Below are positions 9,342 to 18,400 of a DNA stretch of 64,000 nt, piece after piece. The position numbers and the translations under genes are program-made. Each line of letters opens with the position of its first letter. Position 1 is the first letter of the stretch. The stretch spans positions 513,286-577,285 of the forward strand of contig JAXLVH010000001.1 in the NCBI GenBank assembly GCA_046329105.1. Direction: 5' to 3'. The notes beneath the pieces were generated by a model. That model searched no databases. It was not told the DNA's origin and saw only the letters and a list, made by a program, of their open reading frames with translations. The stretch comes from Flavobacteriales bacterium (lineage in GTDB: Bacteria > Bacteroidota > Bacteroidia > Flavobacteriales_F > PHOS-HE28).

Positions 9342-10067
9342 ATGCGTGCGCTCCTCCGCAAAGAGATCCGTGGCTTCCTCGGGTCGCTCATCGGCCACGT
9401 GGTCATCGTGGTCTTCCTGCTCATCACCGGGCTGTTCCTGTGGGTGTTCCCCGACAACATCCTGGACCTGGGCTACGCCGACCTCGGCCCCCTGTTCTTC
9501 CTGGCCCCGTGGGTCTTCCTCTTCCTGGTGCCCGCCATCACCATGCGCAGCTTCAGCGAGGAACGGCGCACCGGTACGCTGGAACTGCTGCTCACCAAGC
9601 CCATCAGCGAGTTCACCCTCGTTCTGGGCAAGTACACCGCCGCCGTCCTGCTGGTGCTGCTGGCGCTGATACCAACCTTGGTGTATTATTGGAGTGTTGG
9701 CCAGCTGGCCGTGCCCACCTGGAACATCGATGCGGGCGGCACTTGGGGCAGCTACCTCGGGCTCTTCTTCCTGGCCGCCTGCTTCACGGCCATCGGCGTG
9801 TTCGCCTCCACCCTCACCGACAACCAGATCGTGGCCTTCCTGATCGCCGCCGTCCTCTGCTTCGGCCTCTTCATGGGCTTCGAGCTGCTGGCCTCGTTCG
9901 ACGCCGTGGGCGGGCTGGAAGGACCGCTCAAGAACATCGGCATCCAGCAGCATTACGCCAGCATGAGCCGTGGTGTGGTCGACCTGCGCGACGTGCTCTA
10001 CTTCGGCGGGGTGATCGTTGTTTTCCTGTTGCTGACGCGCACGGTGGTACAGAGCAGAAAATGGTGA
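9342..10067 (+). CDS. gldF: gliding motility-associated ABC transporter permease GldF
   Basis: MRALLRKEIRGFLGSLIGHVV... is a polytopic ABC-2 permease of ~241 aa, directly upstream of gldG. The track ORF starts earlier at a GTG. Confidence 0.8.
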   Translation: MRALLRKEIRGFLGSLIGHVVIVVFLLITGLFLWVFPDNILDLGYADLGPLFFLAPWVFLFLVPAITMRSFSEERRTGTLELLLTKPISEFTLVLGKYTAAVLLVLLALIPTLVYYWSVGQLAVPTWNIDAGGTWGSYLGLFFLAACFTAIGVFASTLTDNQIVAFLIAAVLCFGLFMGFELLASFDAVGGLEGPLKNIGIQQHYASMSRGVVDLRDVLYFGGVIVVFLLLTRTVVQSRKW

Positions 10068-10082
10068 TCCACTGACCGGACC

Positions 10083-11813
10083 ATGAGAAGCAGCCCACGC
10101 TCCCGCGACCTGTTGTCCCTGTTGTTGGGTATCGGCTGCGTACTGCTCGTGCTCTTCATCAGCTCGTTCGCCCGGGTGCGCGCCGACCTGACCAGCGAGA
10201 AGCGCTTCACGCTCACACCGGCCACCTGCGACCTGATGGACAGCCTGAAGGACCTGGTTTACCTGCAGGTGTACCTGGCCGGTGAACTGCCCGCCGACCT
10301 GCGCAAGCTGGGCGAGGCCACCCGCGAGCTGCTGGACGAGATGCGGGTACACAACCCGGAGATGCTGCAGTACACCTTCACCGATCCCAGCGCGGCGCCC
10401 GACGAGAAGTCGCGCTTGGCGAACTACGCCAAGTTGCAGGAGGAGAAGCTGGAGTACACCAGCATCCGCACGGAGGACAAGGGCGCGGCGAGCGAACGCA
10501 TCGTGTGGCCCTGCGCCATGCTCAACTACAGGGGCCGCCAGCAACCGTTGCAACTGCTGCGCACGCAATTCCGCACCCCCGATGCGGGCATGGTGAACCG
10601 CAGCATCAACAACCTGGAGTACGAGGTGGCCAGCGCCATCCGCAAGATCGTTTCCGATCACCGGCCGCGTGTGGCCATCCTCGCCAGTAACGGCTGTCTG
10701 GACGAGTTGAGCGTGAAGGACATCGGAACCGCGCTGAGCGAGCAGTACGAGGTGAGCCGCGTACGCATCGATGGCCGCATCAGCGCCTTGAGCGACAAGG
10801 TGGAGGGCGGACGCTACCGCGCCAACAAGTTCGAAGCCCTGATCGTGCCCAAGCCGGACAGCGCGTTCAGCGACAAGGACGCGTACATCATCGACCAGTT
10901 CATCATGAACGGCGGTCGCGTGCTCTGGGCCGTGGACGCCATGAACGCGCACCTCGACAGCTTGCGCACCCGGCAATACTCCATCGCCACACCGCTTGAT
11001 CTGGGGCTGGACAAGCTCTTCTTCGCCTACGGCACCCGGCTGAACAAGGACCTTCTGCTCGATGCGCAATGCGCACCCATCCAGTTCTACGGCGACAAGT
11101 TCGGCAACCAGCGCAAACTGGAAACACGGCCGTTCCCCTTCGAGCCCGTGGTGGTCCCGCGCAGCACCCATCCCATCGTCAATAATATCGATCCGGTACA
11201 TTTCAAGTTCGTCGGCAGCATCGATACCATCGGGCTCGACAGCGCGCGCAGCACGATCCTGCTCACCTCATCGCCGTACACGCGCGTGCAGCGCAACCCC
11301 GTCCGCATCAGCCTGGCGGTGGTGGACCTGGACCTGAAACTCGACCGGAACAACACCCCGGACCGGCCCGTGGCGGTGCTCTCCGAGGGCGTGTTCCGCA
11401 GCGCCTTCGCCGATCGCATGCTGATGCCCGACAGTGTGAAGCGATCCATGGGCCACCGCGAAATCAGCCGGCATACCGCCGTGCTGGTGGTGAGCGATGG
11501 TGACGCCATCGCCAACATGGTGAACCGGGAGAAGGGCCAGTACATGATGCTCGGGTTCGACCGCTTGGCGGGAACCAAGGTCTACGGCAACCGCGAATTC
11601 TTCGTGAACGCCATGAACTACCTGCTCAATGACCGCAGCCTGATCAGTCTGCGCTCGCGCACCATCACCCTGCGGCAACTGGATCCCGAACGCACCTCCA
11701 AGGAACGCGCGTACTGGCAGGTCCTCAACGTGGCCGGCCCCGTCCTGCTCAGCATCCTGGGCGGCATCACCTTCATTCTGCTGCGCCGCCGCCGCTACGC
11801 CGTTCCCGCCTGA
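10083..11813 (+). CDS. gldG: gliding motility-associated ABC transporter substrate-binding/auxiliary protein GldG
   Basis: 576 aa with an N-terminal TM helix, the typical GldG region (LTSEKRFTLTPAT..., RPRVAILASNG) and a C-terminal TM helix. Confidence 0.8.
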   Translation: MRSSPRSRDLLSLLLGIGCVLLVLFISSFARVRADLTSEKRFTLTPATCDLMDSLKDLVYLQVYLAGELPADLRKLGEATRELLDEMRVHNPEMLQYTFTDPSAAPDEKSRLANYAKLQEEKLEYTSIRTEDKGAASERIVWPCAMLNYRGRQQPLQLLRTQFRTPDAGMVNRSINNLEYEVASAIRKIVSDHRPRVAILASNGCLDELSVKDIGTALSEQYEVSRVRIDGRISALSDKVEGGRYRANKFEALIVPKPDSAFSDKDAYIIDQFIMNGGRVLWAVDAMNAHLDSLRTRQYSIATPLDLGLDKLFFAYGTRLNKDLLLDAQCAPIQFYGDKFGNQRKLETRPFPFEPVVVPRSTHPIVNNIDPVHFKFVGSIDTIGLDSARSTILLTSSPYTRVQRNPVRISLAVVDLDLKLDRNNTPDRPVAVLSEGVFRSAFADRMLMPDSVKRSMGHREISRHTAVLVVSDGDAIANMVNREKGQYMMLGFDRLAGTKVYGNREFFVNAMNYLLNDRSLISLRSRTITLRQLDPERTSKERAYWQVLNVAGPVLLSILGGITFILLRRRRYAVPA

Positions 11814-12868
11814 TGAAAAAATACCTGCTCCCGCTGCTGTTCATCGCCCTGGCCGCTGTGGCCTGGTGGCTCTGGCGCTCCGATCAGGGCACCACCATCA
11901 CAGGGCCCTTGTCCGATTTCGCCATCGCCGACACCGCTCGGGTGGATCGGATCTTCATCGCCGACAAGGAAGGCCGGACCGCGGACCTGCGCAAAGGCCC
12001 CGACGGGCGGTGGACCGTGAACGGCGAGCCGGCCAACCAGTTCCCGGTCCACACCTTGCTGAAGACCTTCCGCAACGTGGAGGTGCGCACGCCGGTGCCG
12101 AAGAGCGCCGTGGCCAACACCTTGAAGTTCATGTCCACCAGCGCCATCAAGGTGGAGATCTACACCGGCGATGACGAACCTGAGAAGATCTGGTGGGTGG
12201 GTCACGGCACGCAGGACCATCTGGGGGTGTACACGATCCTGGAGAAACCGGGCATCGGCCGCAGCGAAAGCCCCTTCGTGCTGGGCATGAGCGGCTTTAC
12301 CGGCCTGATCAACACCCGCTTCCACGCGAACCTGGACGACTGGCGCAGTACCGACCTGGCCATCTATCCCGACATGAACAACATCGCCAGCATGCAGGTG
12401 GAACACCCCATGGAGGACAGCATGGGCTACATCATCAACTACGGTGGCGACCGCATCATGAGCCTCGAGGACGCACAGGGCCGGGAACTCCCGCTGGATA
12501 CGGTGATCGTCTTCGACATGCTGCAGCACCTGCGGGACGCCCATTTCGAGTACTTCGAACGCACGTACAGCAAAGCGGTGAAGGACAGCATCCTGGCCTC
12601 CGTGCCACGCCATGTGCTCACCATCATCACGCGTGATGGGCGCAAGCAGCACCTGAAGTTCTGGAAGAAGGACCCCTACCCCGGTGAGCAGAGCATGGAC
12701 TTCGAGCCCATGACCGTGGACGTGGACCGCATGCTTTCGGTGAAGGACGATACGGCCCTGGTGGTGGTGCAGCGCTACTGGTTCGACCGCATGGTGCCCT
12801 ACCTGGGCCAAGTGCGCCAAAGGCCGATGACGTCCGCCGTGCGCGGGCCATCGACCGCGGATCGTTGA
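11813..12868 (+). CDS. DUF4340-like protein, the usual GldG-downstream partner
   Basis: The ATGA start overlaps the gldG stop. It has an N-terminal membrane anchor (MKKYLLPLLFIALAAVAWWLW) and a size and position typical of DUF4340. Confidence 0.55.
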   Translation: MKKYLLPLLFIALAAVAWWLWRSDQGTTITGPLSDFAIADTARVDRIFIADKEGRTADLRKGPDGRWTVNGEPANQFPVHTLLKTFRNVEVRTPVPKSAVANTLKFMSTSAIKVEIYTGDDEPEKIWWVGHGTQDHLGVYTILEKPGIGRSESPFVLGMSGFTGLINTRFHANLDDWRSTDLAIYPDMNNIASMQVEHPMEDSMGYIINYGGDRIMSLEDAQGRELPLDTVIVFDMLQHLRDAHFEYFERTYSKAVKDSILASVPRHVLTIITRDGRKQHLKFWKKDPYPGEQSMDFEPMTVDVDRMLSVKDDTALVVVQRYWFDRMVPYLGQVRQRPMTSAVRGPSTADR

Positions 12869-12984
12869 AAAACCCGCGTCCTTGTTCATAAAAGGGCCGT
12901 TCCAAGGGAAGCCCCCCCGGTAAATTCGCGCCGCCTGAACGAACACCGTGCTGCGCGCGGTGGGCATCAACCCAACCTTTCCGA

Positions 12985-14106
12985 ATGAAATTCATCGTTT
13001 CCAGCTCAGCCCTGTTGAAGCAGTTGCAGTCGCTCCAAGGGGTGCTCGCCAGCAGCAATACACTGCCCATCCTCGATAATTTCCTGTTCGAGATCGACGG
13101 CAAGCAGCTCACGGTGACCGCCAGCGACCTGGAGACGACCATCACCGCCACCATGCCCGTGGAGGCGAAGGACAAGGGCGTCGTGGCCATTCCCGCCCGT
13201 CTACTGCTGGACACGCTGAAGGCGTTCCCCGAGCAGCCCCTCACCTTCTCGGTGGACGGCAAACATTATGGCATTGAGATCAGCAGCGATCAGGGAACCT
13301 ACAAGATGACCGGCCACAACGGCGCCGAATTCCCCAAGAGCCCGGTGATCGAGGGTGGCAGCAGCTTCTCCCTGCCCGCAGGAACACTCGCCACGGCCAT
13401 CAACAAGACCATTTTCGCCACCGGCAACGACGACCTGCGTCCGGTGATGAGCGGCATCTTCTTCGAACTGGCCGAGGACGGCATACGCTTCGTGGCCACC
13501 GATGCACACAAGCTGGTGCGTTACACCCGCACCGACATCAAAGTGCCCGGTACCGCCAGCTTCATCGTGCCCAAGAAGCCACTGAACCTGCTGAAAAACT
13601 CCTTGGCCAGCACCAACGCCGAGGTGACCGTGGCCTACAACGAGAACAACGCCTCCTTCGCCTTCGACAATACCGTGCTGGTGTGCCGCCTGATCGACGG
13701 GAAATACCCCAATTACGAGGCGGTGATCCCGAAGACGAATCCGAACAAGCTCACGATCGACCGGCAGACCTTCCTGAACAGCGTGCGCCGCGTGGCCATC
13801 TTCAGCAACAAGACCACGCACCAGGTGCGTATGAACATCGCGGGAAGCCAACTCGCGGTGAGCGCCGAGGACCTCGATTTCGCGAACGAAGCGAACGAGA
13901 AACTCACCTGCGGGTACGAGGGTGAGGACATGACCATCGGCTTCAACAGCCGTTTCCTCATGGACATGCTCAGCAACTTGAACAGCGAGCATGTGGTGAT
14001 GGAGATGAGCGCCCCCAACCGCGCGGGCATCCTCCTGCCGGGCGAAACCGGCGAACACGGCGAGGACGTGCTGATGCTGGTGATGCCGGTGATGTTGAAC
14101 AATTGA
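12985..14106 (+). CDS. dnaN: DNA polymerase III beta subunit (sliding clamp)
   Basis: 373 aa. MKFIVSSSALLKQLQSLQGV..., three-domain clamp signature. Confidence 0.9.
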   Translation: MKFIVSSSALLKQLQSLQGVLASSNTLPILDNFLFEIDGKQLTVTASDLETTITATMPVEAKDKGVVAIPARLLLDTLKAFPEQPLTFSVDGKHYGIEISSDQGTYKMTGHNGAEFPKSPVIEGGSSFSLPAGTLATAINKTIFATGNDDLRPVMSGIFFELAEDGIRFVATDAHKLVRYTRTDIKVPGTASFIVPKKPLNLLKNSLASTNAEVTVAYNENNASFAFDNTVLVCRLIDGKYPNYEAVIPKTNPNKLTIDRQTFLNSVRRVAIFSNKTTHQVRMNIAGSQLAVSAEDLDFANEANEKLTCGYEGEDMTIGFNSRFLMDMLSNLNSEHVVMEMSAPNRAGILLPGETGEHGEDVLMLVMPVMLNN

Positions 14107-14242
14107 GCTCCGGCAAAAGGACCCGCACCATGTGGCGGGCAGGCAGCCTATCGCTGTGGCCGCAGCTCGCTGCGCCCTGCGCGCCATTCCACGTATCGTC
14201 TTCGCCAGCCCTGTTCGGCACTACTTTCGCATACCCCTGATC

Positions 14243-14692
14243 ATGAACCGTACGAACACCCTCCTGCTGGCCGCTGGCCTCTTCATCGTGCTCACCTCGG
14301 AGAAATGCAACAAGACCCCTGAAGCGGCTGCCGGTGGTGCTCCTGCAGCGGCAGCCTCCATCTTCGGAAGTCGCTGGAACTTGGCCACGCTGGCCGGAGC
14401 GGCCGTTCGTATGCCCGAGGGCAAGGAGAACCCCTACCTGTCCATCGCCGAGGACCTGAGCGTGTCCGGCTTTGGCGGTTGCAACAGGCTGGTGGGCCAG
14501 GCGAAGGTGGAAGGCAGCGCCGTATCGTTCCCCGGCCTGGGTAGCACCAAAATGTACTGCCACGATACCCAGGAGACGGAGTCCTCATTCCTGAAGGCCC
14601 TGAACGCCACCAACACCTTCAAGCTCGATGGCGACAAGCTGGTGCTGCTGGACAAGGCCACGGAGTTGGCCACGCTGATCAAGGGGAAGTGA
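14243..14692 (+). CDS. META/HslJ-like domain (DUF306) lipoprotein
   Basis: MNRTNTLLLAAGLFIVLTSEKC is a lipoprotein signal. SRWNLATLAG...GFGGCNRLVGQA...STKMYC matches the META domain pattern. Confidence 0.6.
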   Translation: MNRTNTLLLAAGLFIVLTSEKCNKTPEAAAGGAPAAAASIFGSRWNLATLAGAAVRMPEGKENPYLSIAEDLSVSGFGGCNRLVGQAKVEGSAVSFPGLGSTKMYCHDTQETESSFLKALNATNTFKLDGDKLVLLDKATELATLIKGK

Positions 14693-14794
14693 TCGTGCCT
14701 GAACATCGGCAAATAATTTCACCGCCCCTTCAGGATCCGGCCCCTCCATATCGGTGGGGATCCGAGCAAATAGAGAGTTGAGTATCACGATCGG

Positions 14795-15145
14795 ATGGAG
14801 CACCGTCGCCAACGCTTGGCCACTTGGGCCACCTACCTGCGGCGGCAGTTGTACTTTCTGCTCGCTGCGGTCGTGCTGATCGGCCTCAGCCTCACCATCG
14901 GGACCCTGGGATACATGTTCTTCGCCCACTACGGCGCAGCCGATGCATTCCTGAACGCGAGCATGATCCTCAGCGGCATGGGCCCTTTGGGCGCTCTGCC
15001 CGGCGACGATGCCAAATGGTTCGCTTCGGCCTACGCCCTGTTCAGTGGCATCGCGCTGCCCACCATCGTTGCGGTGATGCTGGCCCCTTTCGTTCACCGG
15101 ATCCTGCACAAGCTGCATCTGGACGACGCGGACCGGAACGACTGA
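14795..15145 (+). CDS. small two-TM membrane protein with a possible divergent pore-loop (ion-channel-like) segment
   Basis: 116 aa with TM1, then ...DAFLNASMILSGMGPLG..., then TM2. It is weakly reminiscent of the DA.YFS..T.TTVGYGD region of Ion_trans_2 channels. Confidence 0.35.
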   Translation: MEHRRQRLATWATYLRRQLYFLLAAVVLIGLSLTIGTLGYMFFAHYGAADAFLNASMILSGMGPLGALPGDDAKWFASAYALFSGIALPTIVAVMLAPFVHRILHKLHLDDADRND

Positions 15146-15251
15146 TACAACTCGGGGCCTTCCGGGACGCCCGGGTGTTCAAATGCCGGGTCCCAAGAAT
15201 GGACAGGGGCCGCCCCTTTCGAGACGGCCTCCTGTTCTTCGAATGTCCTGC

Positions 15252-17504
15252 TCAGCGCGTGATCACCATCGTGCGCGTGTCGATACGCTCACCATCGACC
15301 ACGAGACTGTACGTGTATGTGCCTTCGCTCATGCTACCAGCCCCGATCACCAACTGGCCGTTCCCCGTCAATGCGTTGAACGATCTCCAGGTACTGCCGT
15401 CCGCGGCGTTCACATCGATCGTGGCCGACTTGGCCGTGGGCGGCACGTAGAAGCGGATCACGGTGTTCTCGTTGAAGGGATTGGGGGCATTCTGCTCCAG
15501 GCGGGCCTTGGGCATGACGGCCGGGACCACACCCGCGGTCGTCGTGATCAGCTTCTTCAACTCCGCCATGTCGTTCTCCAATGCATCGATACGCTCTTTT
15601 TGGGAGTCGATGATGGCCTGCTGTTCCTGGATGCCTCCGACCAGGAAGGGGATCAGCCCCGTGTAGTTCAGGCCCAGGTAGTCGAAGCCTTTCTCGATCA
15701 TCTTACCATCGGAATCCCGGCTATCGGGATGGTGAATGGTCTCGACCAACTCGGGGATCACTTTCTCCATTTCCTGTGAAATGAAGCCGAACTGGCGGTC
15801 TTCGGGCAGGTTGATGCCCGGATGCACCGTATGGTCGAACATGTAGGTCTTGGGCGAAAGCCGCAGCAAACGATCGAGTGACCCTTCCATGGCATTCAGG
15901 TCCTTCTTCAGCCTGCGGTCGGACGACGAGAACGGACCGCCGGTCTGTACGAACGCTCCATTGAAGTACCCTGCGTAGTTGGATCCGCCTCCCGAACCAC
16001 CAGCCCCGTACACACTGTAGTTGTTACCGCTCGGTCCGTGTGCGTAGCCATACACCCCATATCCATCGCCCGTGTAGCCTTCGTTACCGATCGTCTCTCC
16101 ATACACCCCGTACCGCGTCGCCCCCAGTTCACAGATACCCTGCACCGCATAGGCGCCGTTCGTGATGGTCCCCGCCCCAACGTTCTCCCGGATATTGGCG
16201 AATGACCCGACAGCCTTATTGACATCACTACCGGTGTTCATGTACACGTCGGACCAGGTGCCGTACACCTCGCTCCCACGTGCGTGGCTGTGCAGTTCCC
16301 CTCGGAATTTACCTCCGAACGTCATCGTGGTAGCTGAATTCACCATCAGATTACCCGTCGCCAGTATCCCTTGGACCCGGAAGTAGGACGGATTCGGATG
16401 GTTGTCCAGGTAGGCATGGGCGCGCATGCCGGAAGTGAACTTCCCGTTCCGAGATACTCCTTGGATCGCGCAGCGGTCGTTCGTGGTGGAACCGGTAAGG
16501 GTTTCGCAATTGAGGCGGACATCGGATGGGATCGAATTGTTGCCCACGGAAACACCCGTGCCCAGATCGTAGACCTGGCTACAGGCCAGATCGCCATTGC
16601 TATTGGCGGTCATCGGTAGCTGGTTCACTGTTGTGCATGCATTGCTGATACCCCCGGTCCCTCCAAGGTCCGTGGTGAGCACCACATCTCCGTCACCGTC
16701 CACGGTGAGCACCTTGCCATTGGAAGCGAATGTTGGTAATGATCCGCTCGTGAGGTCCGTGAAGCGAAGCCCACTCGCACTGGGATCCGTTGGATCGGCG
16801 TCGATCTCCACCCGGTTGTTGGGCGAGGCTGTGTTCACGCCGACGGTGCCTGTGTTCTGGATCGTCATCCGTTGGATGGCATTGGTGGAGAAGTTCAAAT
16901 GTGCATTACCGCCTTGGAAAATCTCTGCATCCGGTGGTGTGCTACCACTCGCATAGCCGATCCCGATTCGCAGACCGGAGTTCAGTCCGGAGAAGCCGGT
17001 CGCAGAATTCGTGAACTGCTGCCAGACCGCTTTTGCGTTCTCGTGCAGGTGAAGCAGGCTCACCGGTCCACGGATCGCGTTCTGATATCCGTACAGATGG
17101 GGAACGTTACCGAACGACACATTTCCGAAGACGGGATTGCTGCCATTGCTCTGCCCGTTCCCCCACATTCGGAAACGCTCACTTCCGTTCAACTTGGCAC
17201 TGATGTGGTAACCCAAACGCTCCTGGAGGAGGTACAAGGTGCCATCTTCTATCCCGACCCGTGACATGTAACTGAACGGAGCAGCGTTCAGCGACTTATA
17301 GAATCGGATATAAGCGTCCTGGTCCCCGCTCACGTCGGTGATATCCAGGTCATCTTGTGGATCATTGATGCCGATCCCGCTCCCATTGTTCCCCAGAACG
17401 GTGGAGCCCACCTGGCCTGATGGTGCGTACAACTGTGCCTTGAGCGGAATCGTCGTGGTCAGGATCGTCAGAATGACGGCCGTTCGAAGAATTTTCTTGG
17501 GCAT
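15252..17504 (-). CDS. tail-fibre-like secreted protein with a Peptidase_S74 intramolecular chaperone domain and a T9SS type-A C-terminal domain
   Basis: Signal peptide MPKKILRTAVILTILTTTIPLKAQ, then a long G/S/N/T/Y-rich region. S74 chaperone signature SSSDRRLKKDL...GFISQEMEKVIPELV...YLGLNYTGLIPFLVGGIQEQQ, then a coiled coil. C-terminus ...GTYTYSLVVDGERIDTRTMVITR looks like a Por_Secre_tail. Confidence 0.7.
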   Translation of the reverse strand: MPKKILRTAVILTILTTTIPLKAQLYAPSGQVGSTVLGNNGSGIGINDPQDDLDITDVSGDQDAYIRFYKSLNAAPFSYMSRVGIEDGTLYLLQERLGYHISAKLNGSERFRMWGNGQSNGSNPVFGNVSFGNVPHLYGYQNAIRGPVSLLHLHENAKAVWQQFTNSATGFSGLNSGLRIGIGYASGSTPPDAEIFQGGNAHLNFSTNAIQRMTIQNTGTVGVNTASPNNRVEIDADPTDPSASGLRFTDLTSGSLPTFASNGKVLTVDGDGDVVLTTDLGGTGGISNACTTVNQLPMTANSNGDLACSQVYDLGTGVSVGNNSIPSDVRLNCETLTGSTTNDRCAIQGVSRNGKFTSGMRAHAYLDNHPNPSYFRVQGILATGNLMVNSATTMTFGGKFRGELHSHARGSEVYGTWSDVYMNTGSDVNKAVGSFANIRENVGAGTITNGAYAVQGICELGATRYGVYGETIGNEGYTGDGYGVYGYAHGPSGNNYSVYGAGGSGGGSNYAGYFNGAFVQTGGPFSSSDRRLKKDLNAMEGSLDRLLRLSPKTYMFDHTVHPGINLPEDRQFGFISQEMEKVIPELVETIHHPDSRDSDGKMIEKGFDYLGLNYTGLIPFLVGGIQEQQAIIDSQKERIDALENDMAELKKLITTTAGVVPAVMPKARLEQNAPNPFNENTVIRFYVPPTAKSATIDVNAADGSTWRSFNALTGNGQLVIGAGSMSEGTYTYSLVVDGERIDTRTMVITR

Positions 17505-17682
17505 GTCCTTGAAGTTTGGTACAGCCTACTCTCTCCCAGCTTTTCGGCATCCGCTGTGCCGCAACGATCGGCGGCACCGCAAATCAGCGATCCACACATG
17601 ATGATCCGCTCGTCAGGATCGATGGATCCCCACCACTTCATCAGAACAGTGGAGTGGCGACCGTGTTCACCACCGGGAAAAC

Positions 17683-18357
17683 TCAGCGAACCCTGCCCGT
17701 CTTCTTGAGCATTTCAACCCGGTTCTGTACCTGCAGTTTTTCGTAGATGCCGCGCACATGGCTGCGCACCGTGGTGATGCTGATGAACAGCTTCTCGGCT
17801 ATCTCGCGCGCCTTGAGACCTTCTGCAAGCAGGTCGAGCACCTTCTGCTCCTGGGTCGTGAGTTTCTCCCCGCACTGCAGCGGCTTCGCTTGGAAGCTGC
17901 TGACCACCTTTCGTGCAATGGTCCCGGTCATCGGACTTTCGCCACGATGCACCTGGCGGATCGCCTCGATAAGTTCGGGTAGGGGTGCTCGCTTGAGGAT
18001 GTACCCGCTCGCCCCGGCCTTCAAGGCCTCGAAGATCCGCTCTTCATCCTCATGCACGGTGCAGATCAGCACCTGCACTTCCGGATGCTTCTGCTTGATA
18101 GCCCTGGTGCATGCGATGCCGTTCATACTCTCGAATGAAGAAGACCCCTGGCCGGTCGCAGGCTGCAGGTTGATGTCCATGATCACCACCTCGTGCATGC
18201 CCACCTCGAAGGCCCGCAATGCACTCTGCGCGTCGGACACCGCACGTACACTGAACTCCGGATAGGAGGAGAGCAGGGCGCTCAGTCGATGGCGGAAGTC
18301 GTCGTGGTCCTCCACAATGAGGATCCGCAGACCGGAAGCGCGAGGTGTGTCGGACAT
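17683..18357 (-). CDS. two-component response regulator, NarL/LuxR family
   Basis: REC domain (ILIVEDHDDFRHRL, D in MDINL) plus a LuxR HTH (LTTQEQKVLDLLAEGLKAREIAEKLFISITTVRSHVRGIYEKL). Confidence 0.85.
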   Translation of the reverse strand: MSDTPRASGLRILIVEDHDDFRHRLSALLSSYPEFSVRAVSDAQSALRAFEVGMHEVVIMDINLQPATGQGSSSFESMNGIACTRAIKQKHPEVQVLICTVHEDEERIFEALKAGASGYILKRAPLPELIEAIRQVHRGESPMTGTIARKVVSSFQAKPLQCGEKLTTQEQKVLDLLAEGLKAREIAEKLFISITTVRSHVRGIYEKLQVQNRVEMLKKTGRVR

Positions 18358-18400
18358 ACGGCGGGAAAATTACCGGCCGGTCCGCCGGATCCCATCATCA

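Noticed and set aside
8654-11201. 473-aa (+) and 626-aa (-) ORFs spanning the TPR/gldF/gldG region
   Set aside because: Both are extreme Arg/Pro/Gly/His composition, overlap well-supported genes in other frames, and show no domain signal.
12869-12984. oriC/DnaA-box cluster upstream of dnaN
   Set aside because: No TTATCCACA-like boxes are visible and dnaA is not adjacent. dnaN is evidently separated from the origin region here.
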